Below the pieces are notes generated by a model that saw nothing but the letters and a program-made list of their open reading frames with translations, did no database searches and was not told the origin of the DNA. A stretch of 64,000 bases of DNA, taken from positions 141,435-205,434 of the forward strand of contig JAAOMT010000494.1 of NCBI GenBank assembly GCA_016748015.1, in the 5' to 3' direction. Source of the stretch: Geosiphon pyriformis uo1 (Eukaryota; Fungi; Glomeromycota). This document shows positions 39,050 to 51,099 of the stretch, piece by piece. A program made the translations under genes and the position numbers. Positions within the stretch are counted from its first letter, which is position 1. Every line of letters begins with the position of its first letter.

Positions 39050-40750
39050 AGCAAAGTGTTAATTTTCATATAAAAAACAGTGCTGCTAACTTTTCCTTTG
39101 TTTTCTTTAATTTTAATAATGTGTTATTAGAAAGTTTACCAGATTGATTATTAGTGTTTTTTTTTTCAGATTATTATAATAATATTTCTTTAGGGTTTTT
39201 TTTAAAATTAGTTTCACTTTTATTGTTTTCCCTATAATATTCCTTGAACTTTTTAATATTTTGACTTTTTTTGGTCTAATTTTTTTTGCTATTTAGCATA
39301 GTTTCCAAAATAATTTCAGAGGGTAATTGAAGTATTATCATCAGTAAAATGGTCAAGAAAGGCTATTTTGAATGCATCCCAGTTAGCAAACCATTTATTT
39401 GTTGTTCTTTGTAAAAGTAAAAAATTGTTTAAAAGCTTTAGTTATAATCTATCCATTAGCTTGAATAGCTTTTGTAAACTTTGTTCAACCATCTTTAATG
39501 ACTAATTACAAGATTTTTTCTTTTGAATTCAAAAATTTTAGCAATAAAGTGGAAAGTATTTATATTTATATTTATATTTTTTTCTGAGTGTTTTGAACTT
39601 TTTTTTAGATTTTCACTTTCTGCTATTTTTTGGTTTTTGAACTTGAGCTAATAATACTGGAATGGAGTAACTTAAAGTAATGCTTTACTTGATTTTGCTT
39701 CTGATATTTGTAAGTTTTTAATAGCCAGTTTGGTATATTAGGTGCTGTTTTTATAAATCTTTAAATTTTTGTGTTTCTTTTAATAAGTACTTTCAGATTT
39801 AGATTCCAAGTTCTAAAAATAAGTTCCAAATATTTTAATAACTAAGTAATAGGATTATATATTTTTTTATAAAAATTGTGTTTAACTTCTGAAATATTAT
39901 ATTCTTTAAAAAAATAATTATTGATTCTGTTTTTAAGATATTTGTTTTAATCATTATGAGTTTATTTAAAATTTAAAATTTTTGTTTACAATAGATGTAA
40001 AACTGTTAATAATACTTTAAAATATTTGTGTTAAAAAAAAAATATACTTTTGTATAAACATCTAATTTATTAAAATTTTTAAAAGAAAACTAAATGTTAT
40101 TAAAGATTTTTGTTTTTCTGTTAATATTTCTTTTAATGAAAATAACTTCAAACCTAATATTTATATTTTGTTATCGCTAAAATATATTTTTAAAATTAAT
40201 AGAAAAATATTGCAAATAAATATTCAAATTTTTATAATTTTTATTTTACTTTAGTTATAATAAGTTTTTTAAATATAATAAATTTAAATTGTTAATAAAT
40301 TTAAGTCTTAATTCAACTGTTAATTTTTAATAAATTCCAAAAGTTTTTTTTTTTAAAATATATATAAACTTTAGTAAAAAAAACTAAGCTATTAATACTT
40401 AAAACAATGTCTTTTTTTTCAAGTTTTTTTAAAATTGCTTTATTTTTATATAAAAAATTATTTATGCTTCTATTAGAAATTTAAAATTGTCTTAAGTCTT
40501 TATTGCAAAATGTTTTTGTAGTTATTTTTAAAAAAATAATACTTTAATATTAGTTTTAATGAATAATATTGTTATGTGTTTATAAAATAAATAAATAAAT
40601 AAATTTTTAATTAAATATATTATTATAATTTACTGTTTAATAAACAAAAAATGTTATAGACAAAACTTTATTCTATAAATTTATTTCTTTATTGATTTTG
40701 ATTAAAGTTTTACAAAAAGTTTTATTAAAAATTTTACTAATTTATTGGTT
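39050..40750 (-). mobile_element. Decayed Ty3/Gypsy LTR retrotransposon fragment (gag region)
   Basis: Minus-strand translation of ~39300-39560 across frameshifts gives FIAKIFEF...WLNKV.TKAIQANG*...KWFANWDAFKIAFLDHFTDDNTSITL*, the WxxFKxAF pattern of retrotransposon gag. Boundaries approximate. Confidence 0.7.
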
Positions 40751-40827
40751 TGAAAATAATAAGAAGAGAAAAATTTTATAATATATTTTAAGTTTTTTCA
40801 AAAACATTCAAAAAATAGACTAGAGAT

Positions 40828-41378
40828 CTATTAAAAATGTAATTTATATATATAAAAAGATAAGTCATATATATTATCGTTTTTATTCTTGTCAAAACGT
40901 TACTAATTTGAATTAACATACAATATAAATGGCAGAAAAAAAGCTCAATCTAAAAGATATTGCAGTTTTTAAAATATTTTTTATTTTATTTAACAATGAG
41001 AACTTTAAGTTAGTCGATGTTCTAATTAGGAATATCAATTAACATTCTGATTTAAGTAATAGTGATGACACTTTAATTAGTCTATGTTTTAACTTAATTG
41101 ACATTCTGAATTTTTACCATTGTAAACTTGCATTTCAATTGCTTAAAATTGGTATTTTGCTCTTAAATTGTTATTATATTATTTAAAATTAACTTTCCCT
41201 TTTTTATTATTATAAAATTTTATATTTTATGGATTCTAAACATTTAAAAAAAGATTCTAAGCCTATTAGAAAGATGTAATTTATAAATAGAAAAAGATAA
41301 GTCTTATATATTACTATCTTTTATTCTTGTTAAAACATTACTAACTTAAACTAACATACAAAATAAATGACAATAAAA
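40828..41378 (+). repeat. Diverged ~110-bp direct repeat (40828-40940 and 41263-41378), each copy containing an ATG near its 3' end
   Basis: CTATTA...ATGTAATTTATA...AAAAGATAAGTC...TTTTATTCTTGT...AACATACAA.ATAAATG is present twice. Confidence 0.8.
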
Positions 41379-42030
41379 TGTACTCACATTCTTGAAAGTT
41401 TGACTTTATTAAATAAAACCAGAAAATATAATGTTAAAAATCTTTTTTCAGAAAAATTATTGAATTCTTTTCTTATTGATATTTCATTTATATCCAAACA
41501 CATTTTTGAAAATACAGATTTAATTTTTTTTCAAAAAATCAAAAAAGTTGATTTAAAATACAGCTTACCTATAACACAAAATAATACCTTATCTTTTCCT
41601 ATTTTTCGATAAAATATACAGCAAAACTAATAAAAAAGAAGTTCAAATAGATTCAATAACAGATGCAATAAACAACAAGAAAGTGGAAATGTTAGATAAA
41701 AATTTTAATAATTTTGTGAATATATATCAAATAATAAGCATTAGCAAAAAATGGCTGGAAAAGTTGTTAAAGATGAGCTATACAAATTTGGCATGAAATG
41801 TGCTTAGAAGCAGTAAGTGTTAATCATTGTATTTGGCTATTTGTTATTTAAGATATTAATATGTCAAAAGTTTTTGCCATTCTTTTATTATTGATCCAAA
41901 TAATAGAAGTCTTATTAATAAAAATAGCTTTACACAATTTGAGCTCAAAAAAATTCATATGTATAAACAGAAATTACTTTTAAAAATGTCTTAAGATCTA
42001 CTGTTTTATTTTAGTAAATAAAAAGCTGTA
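41367..42030 (+). pseudogene. Pseudogene of a Mucoromycota/Glomeromycota-type hypothetical family (W-x-x-x-x-GK-x-VED-x-LY-x-FG...CHSFIIDP)
   Basis: Reads *QKMAGKVVKDELYKFGMKCA* (41742-41808), an intron, then FCHSFIIDPNNRSLINKNSFTQFELKKI, with several in-frame stops. Family recognised from memory of the motif. Confidence 0.55.
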
Positions 42031-42686
42031 GGTATTTTTTATGTTATATCTTAATAGTATTGTTTAAAAAATATTAGCAATGTTTATATATAACACAACA
42101 CATTTGAATAGTCCATGATATTTAATCTTAAAAAATTAGTATTTAGCTTTATATTATGAAAATTATTCTAAAATCAACACAGAGATTTCGATTTTAATTA
42201 AATTAGAAATAATGTGAAAACCTGTAAATACAAAATTTTATTCTAAGTCAAAAGAACAACTATGAATATTCATATCTAATTAAAATAATTCGTGTATGGC
42301 CAAAATTTGATGTAACATAAATTTTGTATTTTTTTCATTTTAAATATTTATACAAGCGAACATATATACTTATCTCACGCAGTAATTTGTCGGGTCCAAT
42401 ATCCCTATCTATAAATAGAATGTATACAAAAATATTTTTCGAATGAAATTCAAGACACTTGGGATTTTAATAATATAATAATAGTTTCTATATATAATTT
42501 AATGAGAGAAAAATTGGCATATACAGTACACTAACCTTATTTAATGCTAAAGTCTTTTGTTTGAATTGGTAAGACCAAGCGAAAAACGAAATTTTAATTA
42601 TTTAAGTGATTCAAACTAATTAGTTTTAGATCAATTAATTTTAGTCAAGATAATTACATTATTTTTTTCGTGAAAATAATTTCTTT

Positions 42687-42726
<40 letters not shown>

Positions 42727-43563
42727 TAACTGAAGAAAAACTCATCATTTATTGTATACACCTATATTTACAAAACCAAATAAAAGCAGTTAAGAGAGCA
42801 AAAGATTCAATCAGCAAAGTCAAAAAAAATCTAAACTGAATATCAACTATATCATTAATTCCAGTAATTTTTGGCGAACAGCGATAGTATTTTTAATTCT
42901 GAAGAGAAGAATAATGCTACATAACCAACATAAAAGAAATGATCAATGACACCTTTCAATTACCAAACTACAGTAACATTTATTGCAGCAAGACTCATAT
43001 TATTACACTTGCAGTTGTTTTATGTTTAACTTTTTAATTAATTTGTTTCAGTTTGTATTTATTTATAAAAAAATACTTAAACACTTCAAATTATTATTTA
43101 TTTTTATTAAAAATGACAATGTAATAGGTTATATTTAAAATTTTAAAAAACAATTAATATATAAAATCTACTTGAAATTTATCCCACTTGCCATAAAACT
43201 GAGTAACTGAAATACATTCAAACTAGCAGAAATCACAAATTATGGATATCTTTTAAATTTGACGCTTTTAATTTTTGCGATACTAAGCAAAAAACGTTAT
43301 GAAAATTTTCTTATATTTCTAAACAGCTTGAAGATTGAAGATAGTAATTAATATATTATTGAAATAATCGAGAAATTTAAATTTTTAACCCCCACATGCT
43401 TGCCCGATACGTTTTACAATTCAATCAATTTGAGATTTTCAGAATGATTTTATTCCAGTTTATAGTTCAAGAAAGGAAGAAATTTCGGTTGTTCATTTCT
43501 TACAATTTTAAATTAAAATTTAAAAAGATATGCTGAAATTGAAAACCTAATTATTTTGAACTG

Positions 43564-44313
43564 CTATGTTTCAAGAGAAACGGTAAAAAATTCTGCCAAC
43601 TTATCGGGTAAAGCACACTCATTCTCGATTAATCTTTGATCTGTAGAAGGATCAGAAGTCCACTTGACCAAGGTTGGGATTTTTAATAATTTTATACGTG
43701 AGTCAGTTTTGTAAGGATGATCGGGTGTTTGTCTCCATCTGAAAATAAATATAATTATATATATATACATATATAGAAAGGGATTTGATCTTTTATATTT
43801 ATATCCTTACTCTGATCGATTCCCAACAGGTGCTTCAATTAGCACGGAATTCCCTGGAGCATATTTGTTGAAAGCATAACGAATTAATGGATCCGCTGAA
43901 ATATAAAAAGCCCAATACTTTGATTAATTTTTTTGAATGAGAAATACTTTGGGAGCTTTTACAAAGACATATTCTGCTATGCCCTAATTTTGTTGGCCAG
44001 CCAAAATATTTCCACACATAAGTGATAATAAAAATGCAAACCAACTATAGAGTCCGGACACCAGGATTTTCCTGTGATTGGATCTTCAGTACCTAAAATA
44101 CAATTTACAATATATTTTATTAATAAAATTTTATTCATCTTGTCAAGCAAGAAGATTCAAAGGTTTTCTTCAATATTATATTATATTGCTGACGAACTTA
44201 CCAAAAAACAAAATAAATAGAGGTGATCGTCTTTCTCCGTGTTCGGCAGTTGCTACAGCCTCGAAATTAGGATAGAACTGGTCAATTGCTGAAACACGAA
44301 TTGTTTTAACCAT
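43564..44313 (-). CDS. TXNDC17: Thioredoxin-domain protein 17 (TRP14/DUF953) homologue, 140 aa, active site WCPDS; exons 44313-44202, 44092-44042, 43895-43811, 43738-43564
   Basis: Spliced frame of 423 nt: LFILFFGTEDPITGKSWCPDSIVADPLI...VGNRSEWRQTPDHPYKTD...IPTLVKW...RLIENEC, which matches the TRP14 motif order. Confidence 0.9.
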
Positions 44314-46779
44314 ATTTGATCGAGCTCTCAATCAAGGGAAAAATACAAAGTGAAAGGAAATCGTGGGAATTATTAATAATCAAGATTCGAGGTTGATCCT
44401 CACAAATAAAGATGTGAAGATATTCTCACAACTAAATGAGCGTATTATAAGTTTGGTAGAGTGATGCAAATAAAGGTTAAATTTGGAATTTACTGATACG
44501 AAAAGAAAATTCCCGACCTTTTGTACATTATTAAAAATGGGTTTTTTTAAGATTCCCTATTTGAATTAAAAAATCATGTCAGCTGATCGGATATCAAAAA
44601 ATACTCGTAAAAAAAAAAGATTTTCTGTCGAAATTATGATAGAAAACGATTTCATCGTAAAATATACTTTGATCATTTTAAAAGATTGAAGCTCTTATTT
44701 ATTGACATTTTGCTAATATATAAATAGATTTGAAGACATGTAAACTGATTAATTATCTAAACTTTTCAATTGATAAAATTAATCAGCAAAAATCGAATAT
44801 CAAAATTTGCTTTATATTGAAGATTCAAGATCTTAATTAAATTTTGAATGTTTTGATTTAAAATTTGGTTAAGAGTTAAAATTAGTTCTGCTTCTATAAA
44901 CCGAAATGAAATTTCATCTGTCGTTTTATAACGATCTCAAAGTGTACATGTCCATTTAAATTCTTGTGCAAATATTTAATAAAAAGATTGATTATTCGCG
45001 AAAATAAAGTAATTTTCAAAAAATAAAATCCAAAAAATACATTTTTCAAATCTAATTCTAAAATATTCAATTTATTAAGCTCAAACTTAAAGTAATTAAT
45101 AATTCTCTATAAAATTGAAAAATTGAATAATTCAAAAAGTCATAAATAATTAATACTTTCAACACAGAATCAAAGAAAATTGTAGTTTATTTTTATTCTC
45201 CCATTCTCCTGTGAGCTGATGTTTTCAAAAGAATAATAAAAAAAATTGAAACTTTAAAGACTTTAACAAAATTTCTCATTATCCATAAGTTTTAATAGTT
45301 TTTGAAAATGAAACTTAATAATGAGCCATAATTTGAATACCTCAAAAAATTAATTTAAAAATATTAAAAAGTACCTATTCTAAAATCATATATATAATTT
45401 ATTTTTCAAGGAAAAATGTTTTATCGCCAAAATATTTTTTGTTTTTGATAACGAAACTTTTTTCGACGCGACAGATTTTTTTTATCAAAGAAATGACCGG
45501 CAATTTTTTCAAATGCTGAAAAGATGTCTTTCATATTTCATAATATTTTCAAAAACCATTGAGTTTAACTTAAAAAATAATCAATATTTCTAGTGCAACT
45601 ATAACCATTTTTAAGATTATTCATTTATTCTTGATAAATAAATAAAACATCATTAAATATTATAAAATTTGTTAATCTATTCAAGAATACTTCTTAACCA
45701 ACAAGAGATATTTTCTATGAATTGAAATTAAAGATTTTGATTTAAGAAACAATTTTAAAAATTTTCCTTAAAAAATATTTTCACAGAATCACAATACCAA
45801 ACCTGATTTATTAGAAATTTGGTCAAAACTATTCTCTGATAAAAAGAAAAAGAAATCTTCATTTAAATATAAAACAAATGTTAAACAAAAAAAATTCAGG
45901 AATAAATGTGCAAATTTATGAATCTGATGAAAATTAACAATGATTTTGAAAACGAAATTTTATTTAAATTTTTTCAAACAATCTTTTGAATCTGAGATTT
46001 TAAAAAATTTTTTGACTCAGACCGAGATTATAAAATAGCCAATAAATACATTTAATAAGAATTCTGCAAACAAAATGTGTAAAAAAGATTAATATCTCAT
46101 TGATAACTAAATCATTGTGTTAAATTAATAAAAAATATTTCCCCAAATTTTGAAAAAGCTTTTTGTATCAATAAAATGTAAAAAAATTGCTTATTGAGGT
46201 TCATATTTGATCTTTTATTGATAAAATGGTTAAAAATACATAAGGTATAGAAGTAAACAGATAAAATTTGATTATTATTGAACAATTTTCTTAAAAAAAA
46301 AATTTGAAATTTGGCATCAAGCTCATAAAAAATTCTTTATTGTGAAATTATTTTAGTTAACATTTGCAAAAAAATCATAAACAGAAGAGGAGATATTTAT
46401 AATTTATAGTAATTTTATAAAATTTGGTTGTAAAAAAGCAGGTAATTTATTTTGATTTAACAATAATACAAAAATTTTACATAAAAAAAATCAAAAAACA
46501 TTGTAAATAATGAAAGATCAATTTAATTTATATATTCATGTAAAACTAAAAGAAAAAATTGTCAATAACAATCAAAAAATCTGAAACGAATTATTAAAAG
46601 TCTTTTAAAAATAATATTAACAAGTTTTGTAAAATTTTAAAAATTATAATTTCTTAGCTGTTATAAAACTTTTTTTCAACAAATTATTTTATTAAAAATT
46701 AAAACATATACATTTTTTTTCTATGTGGGTTAAGTAAATTTTTCTCTTTATAAATATACAAATAGTTCTGTTCAAGCAT

Positions 46780-48265
46780 AAAAGTAAGCGTCTGTAACAG
46801 AGAGAGTCTGTCAGAAGCTCAAAAAAATTTATTACATGGATGAAAAGTAAATTTTCACTTCTATATATATGACAAGATCTAGAAAATTACATGTTCTTAA
46901 ATCATAACTAGTTTTTTTTTTCAAATTTAAGTGTAGATTCTTGCCAAAAATTTCAGAATTAAAAATGAATTTATTACCAAATTTCATTAAAAATTGCAAA
47001 ATATTTCGCTCAAAATTTTGTGTTGAAGCAGCAACGCATTGAATAAAAATAAGCTTTCAGAAAATAAACATATAGCAAAAATAATTGGTTTGAAAAAATT
47101 TTTAAAAAAAAATTTATTCTCAATGTATTTCTATTAAATTTTTAGAGTATATAATTATTTTAAAATATTAAAAATTATTTTAGATGTTTATTTCTTCAAA
47201 ATTCTACTTGTCTCATGTTTATTTATAAAGTTTAAAAAATATTTTAAATTCAGTTATAAATTCTGTTTTCTATATTATAATATACAATTTTTTTAACGAA
47301 AAAAAAAGTTTCAAAATAGCTTTCCTGAACCTTAATTATTTCAATGAAAAGTTAAAAAACTTTAAAGAACCTTTCAAAAAAAAAGACTCTTTTTTCTAAA
47401 ATATTAAATTTCACAAAAATTTGAAATTAAAATATGTAATTCTTTAAAGAAAAATAGCAAGACAATTGAAGTGAGTAATGCATTCAAAAAAAGAATTTGA
47501 AACTTATATATACCAAGTTGATTGGTTAATGAAATCTCAAACCATAAAACATATTCATATATAGTTAAAAATTTCTACAATAAACTTTTTCAAAAAGTAT
47601 TATAAACTTCTTTAAATGCTTTTTAGCCAGTCAAGGTATGATAAAATATGCCATTTTGGTATATCAAATTTATAAAAAACTTCAAAAATCTTTTGATTTG
47701 GATAAAAAGGTTTTCATAAATTTGTGTGAGAGCCTGATTATATGACTATAGTCCAACTAAGAAAGAATATAGAGCTTGAAATTGTATATTTAGAAACTGG
47801 TAAACCAAATTCCACCCAAGACAAATGGCAATGATATCATAAAAAGTTAGTATAATTTTTCAAAAATTCTATTGATACTACAAGAAACGTTTGGAAACTT
47901 AAAAAAATATTCAATCAATTATCCAAAAGCCAGAATTTGAGTATATTTACCATTAATATTGCCAGTATATATTATAATTTATTTCGTGTTTTTGCCAATC
48001 AATAATTTCCTATATTAACTTCATATAAAATTGCAGACAATGTTATAGAACTTTATGCTATACGAAAAAAATTGGGTATTTACAAGTGCTTTTTATTAGA
48101 GGAGGCAACAATTCCATTGCATATGACCTCACCAAATGCTATATGACTCTGAGAACAGCTGTCACATGTACAATTCACAAAATATTATATTTCTGATTCT
48201 GGCGATAGTGAGCATAATTATAGTAAAATAGTAGTAACAATTTCAACTCCCAAAAATTTATAGAA
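46780..48265 (+). pseudogene. Pseudogene with a C-terminal PD-(D/E)xK restriction-endonuclease-like (Crinkler-type REase) domain
   Basis: 47721-47875 reads FV*EPDYMTIVQLRKNIELEIVYLETGKPNSTQDKWQ*YHKKLV*F, then FPILTSYKIADNVIELYAIRKKLGIYKCFLLEEATIPL. Many stops; the 5' boundary is uncertain and may extend to ~45500. Confidence 0.6.
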
Positions 48266-48504
48266 TAGTGTTCAATTTTATGCATGTAATTTTATGTGTA
48301 TATAATTTATTTTCGCATGGTATAAATTATAACATGCCGTGATTTTTTACTTTTGAATATTAACATACTAATAATAATATAATCATACAATCTGAAATAG
48401 ATGGTCCTAAAGAGACTGACCCCCCAAACCCCTATCTTAGCCTTGTTTTTTCCCCTTTTATTGTATCAGATAGTATCAGAAACAAAAATTGTTGAAATTT
48501 TGAT

Positions 48505-48982
48505 AAAAAAATGTAATCAGTATAAAATATCTAAAATTAAATTAAATATGAGAATAATTATAAAATATGTAATGGATGTCGAGAGTATAACAGGAAATGA
48601 TATAAAGAGAAATGAAAAGAAAATGAAATGAATGTAATAAGATGTAAATATTGTGAAGAAATAGTAGAATTAAATTATTTTATTAAAGAAAATTTTTTTT
48701 GTAAAGAATGCATTAGTTGAATCGATATTCTAACTAAAAAGCAAAATAGAACATCAATAACATTTTCAAGGCAAAGAAAACACTTACAACACTTATCTCT
48801 TGAAATTTAAGCTACTCAAGCCGTTTTTAGAGTTCAGGCCCAAGAAGAAAGCATCTCTAAAGAAAAAAAAAGCAAAACGAAACATTAGTATTATTCTCAT
48901 GAAAGAACAAGAAAAACATCACTTACCTTCGAAATCCAAGCCACCCAAGCTGCAGTCCGAATTCTGAGTTCACTTCCTAAAA
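48505..48982 (+). pseudogene. Decayed CxxC zinc-finger protein, probably element-encoded
   Basis: KKCNQ(Y)KISK..(frameshift)..YKICNGCREYNRK*...IRCKYCEE...FCKECI, an internal repeat EI(Q)ATQA twice, and a GTAAG donor at 48983. The second copy is the ORF 59014-59274 on the minus strand. Confidence 0.6.
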
Positions 48983-50620
48983 GTAAGTTTTTTTTTAAAA
49001 AAAAGCACTATAAAAATAATTGACTGAATTATATGATCAATTCGGTTAATTCGGTCATCTGCTCAATTTGCAGATCCATTCGGATTATTTGTAAACTGTT
49101 CAAATGATTTGATTTTTGATCGAATGGTTGATCGGATTGAACGGATTTCACTAATACTATTAATCAAATATTGATTTGAATTCATTCAAATTAGCAAAAT
49201 GACATGTTTAAAGAAAGCTTATATTGTATTTGTATATAATATTATTTGAATAGAGATTTGAGTTTAGCATATATTTAAAGATTAATATGAAATTTCTTAA
49301 TTTCTTTAATACTATTGAAATTGTTTGGGTTTAGCATACATTTAAAGATTAATATAATTATTTAAGATGATATTTTAAGAGATATTACCAATCATGATGT
49401 CATGACTTGAAAAATGTATCAGTAGACCCAGTAAAAAATTGTATACTTAAAACATACCTAAATTTAAATTTATTTTAAATCTATAATAATAATAATTTAA
49501 GTACAATTTAAGTATAAATTTTATATATTATAAAAGTTATCAAAATATATTTAAAAATACTAAGAAATTTATACATTACATTTGTAATATACTTATATTA
49601 TTTTTAATTTTTGCTCATTTAAATGTATTTTTAGTATGTATAAAACTATAATATATTTATTATATACTTAATTTTGATATTTTAAATTATTACTGTAAAA
49701 TATTTTTATAATAAATGTAAAATAAGTCTTAAAAGAATATAAAAATATGGTATTATGATTACAATTTTCAATGAATTAAATAATGGAAATATACTTGATT
49801 TTTGATATTTTAATATTTAAATTATATTGTAAAATATTATTATAAAATACAATAAATGCAAAATAAGTATTAAAAGAATATTTTAATATTTTTAAACATT
49901 CATATATTTATTATTTAAATTTTTTCTCAAAAGAATATAAAAAAGAAATCTAAATTTAGGTTTTTTTCTTTTTTTTTCTAGTAGTTACTTCTAATGGTTA
50001 AAAATTGTTTATTTGGCTTTTTTTTTTAAGTTTACAATTTGAAACACATACTTTATAATTTTGTAAAGAATTTAAAATATTATTATTTAAAATGAAAAAA
50101 AAACAAAAATTTAGCTTTTATTATTAAAATTATTATGTACAGTATATCTTATTCAGAAATGCCAAAAATAGCATCAAATATATTAACTTTCGAAATATTA
50201 ATAACTTCAGAAACAGTAGATATGTTAGCTCTAACAGATGCATTATTAGGTTTACACATTTTACAATTTCGTAAAGAATCCAAAATATTATTATTTAAAA
50301 TGAAAAAAATTTAGCTTTTGCTATTGAAAATTATTTCATACAGTAAATTTCATTCAAATATAGTATAAGTAACACCAGAAGTAGTACTGGACATATCAGC
50401 TTTCAGAATAATAGTTCTAAATGCAGCAGGTACATTAGCTCTGTCATTAAGTTTATGCATCTTATCTAAAGAAAAAACAAATTTAGTTTTTGTTATTAAA
50501 AATTATATCTTATTTAGAGATAATGGAAGTAGCATCAAAAGTAACACCAGACGTATTAGCTTCCATGGCAGCTCCAAAAGTAGCAGATATATTAGCTCTG
50601 CTATTAAGTTTAGACACCTT
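48568..50620 (+). repeat. Left copy of a ~2.1-kb inverted duplication (partner 57059-59256)
   Basis: TGTAATGGATGTCGAGAGTATAACAGGAAA at 48568 matches the reverse complement ending at 59256; matches continue through 48961/58870, 49420/58340 and 50461/57214. Confidence 0.92.
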
Positions 50621-50740
50621 ATCTAAAAAAAACAAATTTAGTTTTTGTTATTAAAAATTATATCTTATTTAGAGATAATGGAAGTAGCATCAAAAGTAAC
50701 ACCAGACGTATTAGCCTCTGTAGCAGCTCCAGAAACAGCA
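50461..50740. repeat. 157-bp tandem repeat (50461-50617, 50618-50740) with more diverged units back to ~50100
   Basis: CTTATCTAAA..AAAAACAAATTTAGTTTTTGTTATTAAAAATTATATCTTATTTAGAGATAATGGAAGTAGCATCAAAAGTAACACCAGACGTATTAGC occurs twice almost identically. Confidence 0.9.
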
Positions 50741-51099
50741 ATAACACCAAGTTAAACACCAATTTCAGATCCAAGTGAGATATCAGATGCATTAGAAGAT
50801 CCACTATTCTTGGTTTTAAGAATATAACCTAAAAATCTATTAATTAATATTTTATAAGGCAAAGAAATTTTAGAAATAAACATACATATGCTTTCTTGAA
50901 ATATTTTCGATTAACATCTCATTGATTGCCCAGTCACCTAACGTAAGAGAGAAATCAGCTGTCTTTTTTTGAACTTTAAATAATAAAATAATAAAATAAA
51001 TAAAGCAAATATTTTTAATCATTAATATTTATTTACATATGAAACAAATAACGTGTGCTATTATAAGTCTAAAAAACTTATAAAATTATGGTAAATATA

